Source of the DNA: Chloroflexota bacterium
GTDB taxonomy: Bacteria; Chloroflexota; Dehalococcoidia; Bin125
Length of the DNA: 64,000 nucleotides
Assembly: GCA_009838915.1 (NCBI GenBank)
Contig: VXQT01000032.1
Span: forward strand, 11,016 to 75,015
Direction: 5' to 3'
Part shown: piece after piece, positions 1 through 7,752 of the stretch
Layout: each line of letters starts with the position of its first letter
How positions within the stretch are numbered: position 1 is the first letter of the stretch
Notes under the pieces: generated by a model
The model's input: only the letters and a program-made list of their open reading frames with translations
Database searches by the model: none
What the model was told of the DNA's origin: nothing
Made by a program: the position numbers and the translations under genes

Positions 1-25
1 ATGCCGAAGGCAGAGGGGGGCGCCC

Positions 26-829
26 GTGGAGTACCTCGCCGAACTCGAAGCCGCACAGGAAGCCGCCCGCCGAGGCGGCGACATCCTCCAGCGCTACCGC
101 GAATCCGGCGCGCGATACGGCTGGAAGCACGGCGATCCCCTGCAAGGTCGCGCCTACGAAATCGTCTCGGAAGCCGACGTCGAGGTCGACCACGCACTGC
201 GTGACACGCTGCAAGGCGCGTTCCCTGACGACGCCTGGCTCTCGGAAGAGGCCCACGACGACCGCGAGCGGCTGCTGCACCGCCGAGTCTGGATTGTCGA
301 TCCGCTGGACGGCACGCGCGAGTTTCTCCAGGGCGTGCCCGAGTACGCCGTCTCGATCGCGCTGGCGTTCAACGGTCAGCCGGTGCTCGGCGTCGTCTTC
401 AACCCCGACGCGGACGAGATGTTCGCAGCGACCATGGACTCGGAAGACGAGCGCTTCGAACTCGACGAAGCGACATCGCTCGCGGATAGCTTCATGCTGG
501 TCGGACGCGGCGAGTGGCACTACCGCGAACTGCCGCCCGTGCCTGACGGCACCCGCGTGATGCCGGTCGGCTCCATCGCCTACCGCATGGCCCTGCTCGC
601 CAGCGGGCAGGGCTGCCTCGTCTTCACACCGGGACGCCGCAGCGAGTGGGACCTCGCCGCGGGCGCGGCTCTCCTGACAGCGGCCGGCGCGACCGTGACC
701 GACATCGACGGCAGGCCGTTGCAGTTCAACCAGGCCGAGCCCTCGGTGAAGGGGCTAATCGCCGCGCGACCCGAAATCCATAAGGACGCCCGCGAACTGT
801 GGGAGCGTTCGGGTTGGCGCATCCACTGA
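26..829 (+). CDS. Inositol monophosphatase family phosphatase (IMPase/CysQ-like)
   Basis: 267-aa ORF with the IMPase-fold motif WIVDPLDGTREF and the later G..AYRMALLASG region. GTG start at 26. The frame stays open to the window edge, so the start is tentative. Confidence 0.75.
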   Translation: MEYLAELEAAQEAARRGGDILQRYRESGARYGWKHGDPLQGRAYEIVSEADVEVDHALRDTLQGAFPDDAWLSEEAHDDRERLLHRRVWIVDPLDGTREFLQGVPEYAVSIALAFNGQPVLGVVFNPDADEMFAATMDSEDERFELDEATSLADSFMLVGRGEWHYRELPPVPDGTRVMPVGSIAYRMALLASGQGCLVFTPGRRSEWDLAAGAALLTAAGATVTDIDGRPLQFNQAEPSVKGLIAARPEIHKDARELWERSGWRIH

Positions 830-906
830 CCCAGGCGATCCATGTACGCGTCTCGTACTCTGCCCGTGCGACTCGTGCGGAGTGTCGGCCTGAAAGGTGG
901 TGCGAA

Positions 907-1686
907 GTGGCTAATCTCGATAATCGGACTGCGGTCGTGACCGGCGGCGGACGCGGCATTGGCCGCGCCATCGCGCTCGAGCTGGCCCGCCACGGAGCCG
1001 ATGTGGTCGTCTCATCGCGGACGATGGAACAACTTGCGTCGGTGGTCGCGGAGATTGAGGCGCTGGGCCAATCCGGGTTGGCCGTAGTCGCCGACGCCCT
1101 GGACCGAGAGCAGGCGAAGGACCCGGTGCGGCGCGGCGTCGAACGCTTCGGCGCCTGCGACATCCTGATCAACAATGTCGGCGGCGGGGCGCCGCTGCGT
1201 GGCTCGCAGGACGCGTTCACCCACGACGACGATGTCTTCGAGGCGAACCTGGCGCTCAACCTGACCTCTGCCTACTGGACGACGCGCGAGGCGCTGCCGC
1301 ATATGCGCGATGCCGGCTACGGGCGAGTCATCAACATCGGCTCGGGCTACGCCAAGCGCTCCGGCGGCGCGCTGGCCTACACCGCAGCCAAGCACGGACT
1401 GGTGGGCTTCACGCGTGCGCTGGCCCACGACACGGCAGCGCACGGCATCACCGTCAACTGCCTGTGCCCGGGATGGACCAATACTGCGCTGGTCGACTGG
1501 GAGGCGATGGGACGCGCCGCCGGCATCTCGGCCGAAGCAGCCCACGCCATGCGCGCCGCAGAGAACCTCCAGGATCGCGTGCTGGAACCGGAAGAGTTGG
1601 GGCCCATGGCCGCCCTGCTGGCCGCGCCAGAGTCGGCCGGCATCACGGGCCAGGTGATCAGTGTCGACGGCGGCTACAAGGTGTGA
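907..1686 (+). CDS. Short-chain dehydrogenase/reductase (FabG-like SDR)
   Basis: TGGGRGIG Rossmann motif, NNVG, catalytic YTAAK (YxxxK). GTG at 907 is preceded by the SD-like AAGGTGG. The ORF-track start at 799 would overlap the upstream gene. Confidence 0.85.
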   Translation: MANLDNRTAVVTGGGRGIGRAIALELARHGADVVVSSRTMEQLASVVAEIEALGQSGLAVVADALDREQAKDPVRRGVERFGACDILINNVGGGAPLRGSQDAFTHDDDVFEANLALNLTSAYWTTREALPHMRDAGYGRVINIGSGYAKRSGGALAYTAAKHGLVGFTRALAHDTAAHGITVNCLCPGWTNTALVDWEAMGRAAGISAEAAHAMRAAENLQDRVLEPEELGPMAALLAAPESAGITGQVISVDGGYKV

Positions 1687-1699
1687 TGCAGATCTCCCT

Positions 1700-1725
1700 C
1701 TCCCCCCGCCCATACGCGGGGGGAG
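1700..1725. repeat. GC-rich hairpin (CTCCCCCCGC-N6-GCGGGGGGAG) between convergent genes; partial member of REP-like family 1
   Basis: Perfect 10-bp inverted repeat read directly. The same arms occur at 7151-7173 and 46633-46655. There is no U-tract, so it is not a canonical intrinsic terminator. Confidence 0.6.
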
Positions 1726-1738
1726 ACCAGACGATTCC

Positions 1739-3244
1739 CTAGCCGGACGCGTACAACTCCAGCTCGCCGCGCAGCAACTCATCGCCGACCAGCTTGAGGA
1801 TCTTCTCGAGCTGGTCGAAATCCCACTCGCCGACGAATGAGATGGCCGAGCCCTCGGCGCCGGCGCGGCCGGTGCGGCCGACTCGGTGGACGTAGTCCTC
1901 GGGCGTCTGCGGCAGGTCGAAGTTGACGACGTGCTGCACATCGGGAATGTCGAGACCACGAGCGGCGACGTCAGTGGCGATCAGGAACTGCAGATCACCC
2001 GCGCGGAACTGGCCCATGACGCGATCGCGCTTGCGCTGATCGCGGTCGCCGTGGATCGCGTCGGCGTTGAGGCCGCGGTCCTGCAGCCGCCTGACCAGAC
2101 GGTCGACCGTCACCTTCATGTTGCAAAACACCAGCGTGCGGCCTGAGAGCTCGGGTAGCAGCTCTTCCACCGCGCGGATCTTGTCGCGGTCGGCGACCTC
2201 GTAGTAGCGCTGGTAGATGCCCTCCGCCGTCGCCGTCTCGGGCGCGATGTGGATGTGTTCGGGATCGCGCATGAACTGGTGGATCAACGACTTGATCGGT
2301 GTAGGCACGGTTGCCGAGAAGAGCGCGGTCTGGCGATCGTCGGGGCAGCGGCGCAGGATGCGGCGCATGTCGGGATAGAACCCGATGTCCAGCATCCGGT
2401 CGGCCTCGTCCAGCACGGCCATGCGCACGTGGTTGAGCCGCAGGCTGCGCCGTTCGAGATGATCGATCACGCGACCCGGCGTGCCGACCACGATTTGCGG
2501 ACGCCGCTCGAGGTTGGCGAAGTCGTCCGACAGCCGCCGGCCGCCCATCAGGACGGTCGCCTCGAGGCCGCCGGCGCGGGCGAAGAAGTCGAGCACGGAA
2601 CCGACCTGCTGCGCCAGCTCCCGCGTCGGCGTGAGGATGATCGCCTGGCATTCGCCCAGGTCCGGGTCGCAGGCTTGCACGGCCGGCAGGCCGAAGGCGA
2701 CCGTCTTGCCGGTCCCGGTTTGCGCCTGCCCGACCACGTCGTGGCCGTCCAGCATGAGCGGAATCGACTGCGCCTGGATCGGCGTCGGTTCCTCAAACTT
2801 GAGCGCGGTCAACGCCGACAACATGCGTTCCGACAGGCCGAGATCGCCGAACGCGCTCGGCCAGTCGTCGGATGAAATTCGCTCGAGTTCGTCCAACGCC
2901 GGCAGCTTGTAGCCGCCGGAGAGCAGCGCCTTCTGCGTCGCGCTCTGCGGAGCGGACGGCGCGCCATTGTCGGAGCGCCGCCGATTGTTCCGGCGGCGCC
3001 CTGAGCGAGCACGTGATCGATCGCCGCTCGCCGGCGCGGGGGATGGCGCCGGAGCCTGAGTCGAGGTCTGCGAGCGGGCCGAGCGCGGCTTGCGCTTGCG
3101 CCGACGTCGTCGCGGACGTCCGTCAACCGGCGCAGCGCCGTTGGAGGAGTTTCCAGGTGAGGAAGGAGAGGGAGGGGGTGGTTGGGTGTCCTGCGAGTTC
3201 GCAGGTTCAGGGGATTTGCTCAACAGCCGCCGAAGGATACTCAA
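1739..3244 (-). CDS. DEAD-box ATP-dependent RNA helicase with an R/S/P-rich N-terminal extension
   Basis: Motifs AQTGTGKT, PTRELA, VLDEADRMLD (DEAD), SAT and HRVGRTGRAG. The first ~110 aa are low-complexity and basic (RRRRRKRK, RRRNNRRR). Confidence 0.9.
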   Translation of the reverse strand: MSILRRLLSKSPEPANSQDTQPPPPSPSSPGNSSNGAAPVDGRPRRRRRKRKPRSARSQTSTQAPAPSPAPASGDRSRARSGRRRNNRRRSDNGAPSAPQSATQKALLSGGYKLPALDELERISSDDWPSAFGDLGLSERMLSALTALKFEEPTPIQAQSIPLMLDGHDVVGQAQTGTGKTVAFGLPAVQACDPDLGECQAIILTPTRELAQQVGSVLDFFARAGGLEATVLMGGRRLSDDFANLERRPQIVVGTPGRVIDHLERRSLRLNHVRMAVLDEADRMLDIGFYPDMRRILRRCPDDRQTALFSATVPTPIKSLIHQFMRDPEHIHIAPETATAEGIYQRYYEVADRDKIRAVEELLPELSGRTLVFCNMKVTVDRLVRRLQDRGLNADAIHGDRDQRKRDRVMGQFRAGDLQFLIATDVAARGLDIPDVQHVVNFDLPQTPEDYVHRVGRTGRAGAEGSAISFVGEWDFDQLEKILKLVGDELLRGELELYASG

Positions 3245-3335
3245 ACGTTCCGCCGCACTATGCGCATCTCGATGCGCAATTCGAGGCGCGTCTTGCGCCA
3301 GTCAACTTGTCTATGCCATTCAGCCTATCAGCAGG

Positions 3336-3755
3336 TCAGTCGGACTCGCGCGGAGTGAGGGCGACCAACGGTATCCGGCGCGACGTTTTCTCCTGGTAGC
3401 CCGCGTAGGGCGAGTACATTGAAATCAAGCGCTCCCAGATCGCCTCGCGCTCTTCGCCCTCGAGCTCCGAGGCCACGACATCCTCCGCCCCGCGCGCCGC
3501 GGACCAGATGCGGCAATTCGGTTCGGCCAGCAGGTTCTTCCACCACTGCGGATGCTCGGAGTACCCGCCGTAGGACGCCACCACGATCACGCGAGGTCCG
3601 TAATCAAGATACAGCAGCAAGACCGCCCGCTCTTGACCCGACGTACGTCCCATCGTCCAGAGGCGCAGGGTCGGCGGCCCCTGCAGCCGCCCGCGCATCA
3701 TCGTAAAGATCGGACTCTGCAGCCGCGTCAGCGCCTTGATCAGTCGAGGTCCCAT
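3336..3755 (-). CDS. Deazaflavin (F420)-dependent nitroreductase family protein (Ddn/DUF385-like)
   Basis: 139 aa. The pattern VVASYGGYSEHPQWWKNLLAEP ... REAIWERLISMYSPYAGYQEKTSRRIPLVALTP matches the family consensus from memory. Confidence 0.7.
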   Translation of the reverse strand: MGPRLIKALTRLQSPIFTMMRGRLQGPPTLRLWTMGRTSGQERAVLLLYLDYGPRVIVVASYGGYSEHPQWWKNLLAEPNCRIWSAARGAEDVVASELEGEEREAIWERLISMYSPYAGYQEKTSRRIPLVALTPRESD

Positions 3756-3773
3756 ACGTCGATGCTAGCCGAA

Positions 3774-5399
3774 TCAACGACCCCGTCGTATCAACGGCAG
3801 ATAGCGATCGAGCAGCTCGCTCGGCGAGCGGGAGTCGCCACGGACCGTGTGAGCGGCGACGACGCCGTCGGGCCGGACGATGACCGCCTCGGACTCGGCG
3901 TAGGGCGTGTTTGTGGCGTGGAGCATTTGCTCGATGCGGATCGGGAAGCCGCGGGCGCGGTAGTCGTCGACGGACGATCGCCAGGCCGCCCCTTCCGCCT
4001 CGACGGCGCCGCAGATCATGACGACGTAGTCGGTACCGAACCAGTCGAGCGTTGAGAGCGTGCGCTGCGGGTCGAGCCAGGCGTGTGGGGCGCGGCGGCC
4101 GCCTCGGACAACGGGAATGAAATCGCGGTGTTCGTTCTCGACCGTCGGCGGCGGCTCTGTTTCCGCCTGGCACAGCGCCGAGCGGTACTCGTAAGCCATG
4201 ATCATGCCCTCGTAGCTGCCGTACTGATGACAGTTGCGCTCCGCCTCGGCCATGTCGCCGTCGCTCATGTAGGTGCGCACGATGTTTGCCGCCAACTGTC
4301 CATTTTCGATGCTGAGCGCGACCCGGTGTTCGGCGACCGGCCGGTGCTCCTCCTCGTAGGTGTCGAGCAGCGAGTCGGGCGCGTGCCCCTGCAGCACGTA
4401 GGCCAGCTTCCAGATCAGGTTGTGCGCGCCCGAGAATCCCGCGTTGCTGCCCATGCCGCCGGTGGGGATGAAGGCGTGCGCCGCGTCGCCGGCGAGGAAG
4501 ATGCGCCCATTCGAGAAGTGCTTCGAGAGGCCGGCGATGAAGCGCCAGGGTCTGATGCTCTGGATCTCGAGGTCGAGCTCGGAGGCATCCACGCCGACCG
4601 CCTCGACGATGTACTCGCGCGCCGTCTCGACGGGCAGGTCGCCGCGCTCAGGGTCCCAGTTGGGCAGCTGCACCCGCCAACGCAGCGCGCCGTCCATCGG
4701 CTGGTACACGCCCATGCCGTACCGGGTCAGCATGAACAACAGACCACCTACCCGGTTGCCGACCCAGCGCGAGAGATCGGCCTCGAAGAGGATATCCTGC
4801 ATGTAGACGTCGAACGTCTGGCCGCCGAGCGGACAGCTGATCAGCTCGCGCGTGGCGCTGTTCACGCCGTCGGCGGCGACGACGTACCGGGCACGGACTT
4901 GTTCGACCTGATCGGTGTCGCGATCGCGCAGATTGGCGCTGCAGCCGTCAGCGTCCTGTTCCAGGTCCTCGGCGTTGGTGTAGAAGCGCACCTCCGCCGC
5001 TGGTTGCTCGCGCGCCGCCTTCCACAGCGTTTCCTCGATCAGATCCTGCGCGCCCATGACCGGCATGCTGGGGCTGTAGTCGACCGGCGCCATCTGGAAC
5101 GACTCGGTCGGCACCTGGGCGATCTGCGGGCCGGTGAGGCTGTGAATCCAGCGGTTCTGACGCGTCCAGAGGTCGCCGATGCCGGTTGCCTCGACCTCTC
5201 GCTGGACGCCGAAGCGGCGCAGCAGCTCCATCGTCCTGCGGTCGTAGAGCCGCGCCCGCGGATGGTCGCTTGTGTGCGGCCGCCGGTCGACCAGCACGTG
5301 CTCAATCCCGAGGCTCGAGAGCAGCAACGAGCAGGTCAATCCGATCAGGCTGCCGCCGATCACCAGCACCTGCGTCTCGCGGATCTCAGTCATCAACAA
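3774..5399 (-). CDS. FAD-dependent aromatic-ring monooxygenase (PheA/TfdB-type hydroxylase)
   Basis: N-terminal dinucleotide fold VLVIGGSLIGL, DG motif VVAADGVNS, GD motif LAGDAAHAFIPTGGMG. The 541-aa size includes a C-terminal thioredoxin-like extension typical of this class. Confidence 0.8.
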   Translation of the reverse strand: MLMTEIRETQVLVIGGSLIGLTCSLLLSSLGIEHVLVDRRPHTSDHPRARLYDRRTMELLRRFGVQREVEATGIGDLWTRQNRWIHSLTGPQIAQVPTESFQMAPVDYSPSMPVMGAQDLIEETLWKAAREQPAAEVRFYTNAEDLEQDADGCSANLRDRDTDQVEQVRARYVVAADGVNSATRELISCPLGGQTFDVYMQDILFEADLSRWVGNRVGGLLFMLTRYGMGVYQPMDGALRWRVQLPNWDPERGDLPVETAREYIVEAVGVDASELDLEIQSIRPWRFIAGLSKHFSNGRIFLAGDAAHAFIPTGGMGSNAGFSGAHNLIWKLAYVLQGHAPDSLLDTYEEEHRPVAEHRVALSIENGQLAANIVRTYMSDGDMAEAERNCHQYGSYEGMIMAYEYRSALCQAETEPPPTVENEHRDFIPVVRGGRRAPHAWLDPQRTLSTLDWFGTDYVVMICGAVEAEGAAWRSSVDDYRARGFPIRIEQMLHATNTPYAESEAVIVRPDGVVAAHTVRGDSRSPSELLDRYLPLIRRGR

Positions 5400-5611
5400 C
5401 CTCCGCTCTGAGCGGAATCGTATCGAAGTATCAGGTCAGCGAGCAGGGCGAGTTTCCCGCCTGCGCGGGAATGACGGTGCATTGGCCGCGAAACATCGCC
5501 GAAATGTTTGCGCAATCGAAACGACACATGCGCGCAACGCTTGTGAAACCAATCACGCCCCTCCTGTTCATAGGTTGCTGAGCAGACCGGAACTCGGGAA
5601 GGGAGGCTTCT

Positions 5612-7111
5612 ATGACCGTAGCCCGCACGTTAGCCGGTAGTGTCAGGACCCCGTCGATCTCATTCGGCGCGGTCCGCAAACCTGGACTGGGGTTGTTCCT
5701 CGGCATCCTCACCGGCCTCTTGGCCACCTTCGGCATTGCCTACGGGCAAAGCGTTGAAGAGAACGCGGCCGCGCTGGCCGACATCATCCTCGCCGTCGAC
5801 ACGATCTGGTTCGTGATCGCCGGCATCCTCGTGTTCTTCATGCAGGCCGGCTTCGGATTGCTCGAAGCCGGGTTCGTGCGTGTCAAGAACACGACCAACA
5901 TCCTGATGAAGAACGTGCTCGACGCCTCGCTCGGCGCGGTCGTCTGGTGGGCGGTCGGCTTCGGCTTCGCCTTCGGCGGCTCGCAGGGCGGCTTCATCGG
6001 CGGCGACTCGTTCTTCCCCGCGCTCGGCGGACTGACCGAGACCGATGGCGTCTCCGAGGCGGCCGTCTTCTTCTTCCAGTGGGCGTTCGCGGCTACCGCC
6101 GCGACAATCGTCTCCGGCGCGCTGGCCGAGCGGACCAAGTTCTCCGCCTACCTCTTCTACACGGTGTTCGTGACCGGGATCATTTACCCGATCGTGATCC
6201 ACTGGGGCTGGGGCGGCGGCTGGCTCGGCGACCGCGGCTTCATGGACTACGCAGGCTCCACCCTCGTCCACTCGGTCGGCGCGTGGGCCGGACTGATGGG
6301 CGCCATCCTCGTCGGACCGCGAATCGGCAAGTACGTCGGCTCCGAGGTCCGCGCGATTCCCGGACACAACATGACCCTGGCCACGCTGGGCATGTTCATC
6401 CTCTGGTTCGGCTGGTACGGCTTCAACCCCGGCTCGACCCTTGGCCTCTCCGGCGGACTCGCCACCGAGGCCGCCTGGATCGCGATCAACACCACCCTCT
6501 CAGCCGGCGCCGGCGCGATCGTCGCCGTCGCCGTGGCCAAGGTGCGATACGGCAAGGCAGACCTTGGCTTGACGCTCAACGGCGCGCTCGCCGGCCTGGT
6601 CTCGATCACGGCAGGCTGCGGCTTCGTCGAGCCCTGGGCGGCCCTGTTGATCGGCGCCATCGGCGGCGGCGTGGTCGTCTTCGCGGTCGAGTTCTTCGAC
6701 CGGCTCAAGATCGACGATCCGGTCGGCGCCATCTCCGTCCACGGCGCCTGCGGCGTCTGGGGCACGATGGCGGTCGGTCTGTTCGCCACCGCCGGCGCGG
6801 CCGAGGCCTGGGGCGCACCCGGCCACGGTCTGTTCATGGGCGGCGGCTTCCGCGCCCTGCTCGAGCAACTGATCGGTGTCCTCGCCATCTTCGGCTGGAC
6901 CACGGTGACCGCCGGCGTGCTGTTCTTCGTGATCAAGCACACCATCGGACTCCGAGTCCCGGAGAACGAGGAACTCGCCGGACTTGACGTGCAGGAGCAC
7001 GGCATCGGCGCCTACCCCGAGTTCCCCACAGTCGCGCCCGGCGTGGCGGTCGAGGTCTCGGCGGGCGAAGAGCTGCCCGCAGCCAGTCCCGCCGGTGGCG
7101 GAGGCGACTAA
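5612..7111 (+). CDS. amt: Ammonium transporter (Amt family)
   Basis: Polytopic membrane protein with DYAGSTLVHSVGAWAGL, WFGWYGFNPGS and ISVHGACGVWGT signatures. Confidence 0.92.
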   Translation: MTVARTLAGSVRTPSISFGAVRKPGLGLFLGILTGLLATFGIAYGQSVEENAAALADIILAVDTIWFVIAGILVFFMQAGFGLLEAGFVRVKNTTNILMKNVLDASLGAVVWWAVGFGFAFGGSQGGFIGGDSFFPALGGLTETDGVSEAAVFFFQWAFAATAATIVSGALAERTKFSAYLFYTVFVTGIIYPIVIHWGWGGGWLGDRGFMDYAGSTLVHSVGAWAGLMGAILVGPRIGKYVGSEVRAIPGHNMTLATLGMFILWFGWYGFNPGSTLGLSGGLATEAAWIAINTTLSAGAGAIVAVAVAKVRYGKADLGLTLNGALAGLVSITAGCGFVEPWAALLIGAIGGGVVVFAVEFFDRLKIDDPVGAISVHGACGVWGTMAVGLFATAGAAEAWGAPGHGLFMGGGFRALLEQLIGVLAIFGWTTVTAGVLFFVIKHTIGLRVPENEELAGLDVQEHGIGAYPEFPTVAPGVAVEVSAGEELPAASPAGGGGD

Positions 7112-7120
7112 GCCGAACTC

Positions 7121-7182
7121 GGTGTGCCCCCCTCTGTCCCTACGGGACATCTCCCCCCGCTCGCGCGGGGGGAGAGGGGAAT
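7121..7182 (+). repeat. REP-like family 1 element (two adjacent hairpins) between amt and the PII gene
   Basis: GGTGTGCCCCCCTCTGTCCCTACGGGACATCTCCCCCCGCTCGCGCGGGGGGAGAGGGGA is near-identical to the reverse complement of 46628-46686. Confidence 0.8.
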
Positions 7183-7222
7183 CGGCACAATGGAGAGAAC
7201 CAGTTGAGGAAGGAACACGATC

Positions 7223-7561
7223 ATGAAAATGGTGATCGCCATCATCCGCCCGGAGCGACTCTCGGTGGTTCGCACGGCGCTGGAGGAAATCGGGATTGTC
7301 TCGATGACCATCTCGGAAGTTCGCGGACGGGGCGCGCAGAAGGGCGTCGTCCAGGAGTATCGCGGACAGCAGGTGCAGGTCGACTACCTGCCCAAGATCA
7401 AGATCGAGATCGTGATCAACACGACTCCCTTGGACGACGTGATTGACGCGATTGTCGAGAACGCGGCCAGCGGCCAGATCGGCGACGGCAAGATCTTCGT
7501 GCTCGACGTCGAGGACGCCGTCCGTGTGCGCACCCGTGAACGGGGACCGGCCGCCGTCTAG
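7223..7561 (+). CDS. glnK: Nitrogen regulatory protein P-II (GlnK/GlnB)
   Basis: 112 aa. MKMVIAIIRP start, T-loop RGRGAQKG..EYRG, and GDGKIFV near the C-terminus. Adjacent to amt. Confidence 0.9.
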   Translation: MKMVIAIIRPERLSVVRTALEEIGIVSMTISEVRGRGAQKGVVQEYRGQQVQVDYLPKIKIEIVINTTPLDDVIDAIVENAASGQIGDGKIFVLDVEDAVRVRTRERGPAAV

Positions 7562-7683
7562 GAGCCTGCCGCTGCTCAGCAAGTGGGCAGGCGGTAGACC
7601 GACGGCCGATCCCCCTCCGCGGGGACCGGTTGGGGCGGGGATTGCTCGCAAGAGCGGTCCCCGCTTCACGCGTTTCAGGCGGA

Positions 7684-7727
7684 GCCCCCTCCGTCACTCT
7701 GTGACACCTCCCCCAGAGGGGGAGGTA
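7684..7727 (+). repeat. REP-like family 2 element
   Basis: GCCCCCTCCGTCACTCTGTGACACCTCCCCCAGAGGGGGAGGTA. The reverse complement of 20521-20563 differs at only a few loop positions. Confidence 0.8.
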
Positions 7728-7752
7728 CATCGCGGTCTACCCTGACCTCCCT

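Noticed and set aside
1-204. 67-aa ORF at the window start
   Set aside because: The translation is Arg-rich, it overlaps the IMPase gene in another frame, and there is no supporting signal.
5186-5736. Short ORFs in the amt upstream region (5186-5581, 5272-5640, 5431-5736 minus)
   Set aside because: They overlap one another, show no motifs, and partly overlap the monooxygenase gene. The region is more likely a divergent promoter or leader. It contains the hairpin TCCCGC-CTGC-GCGGGA, which I could not assign.
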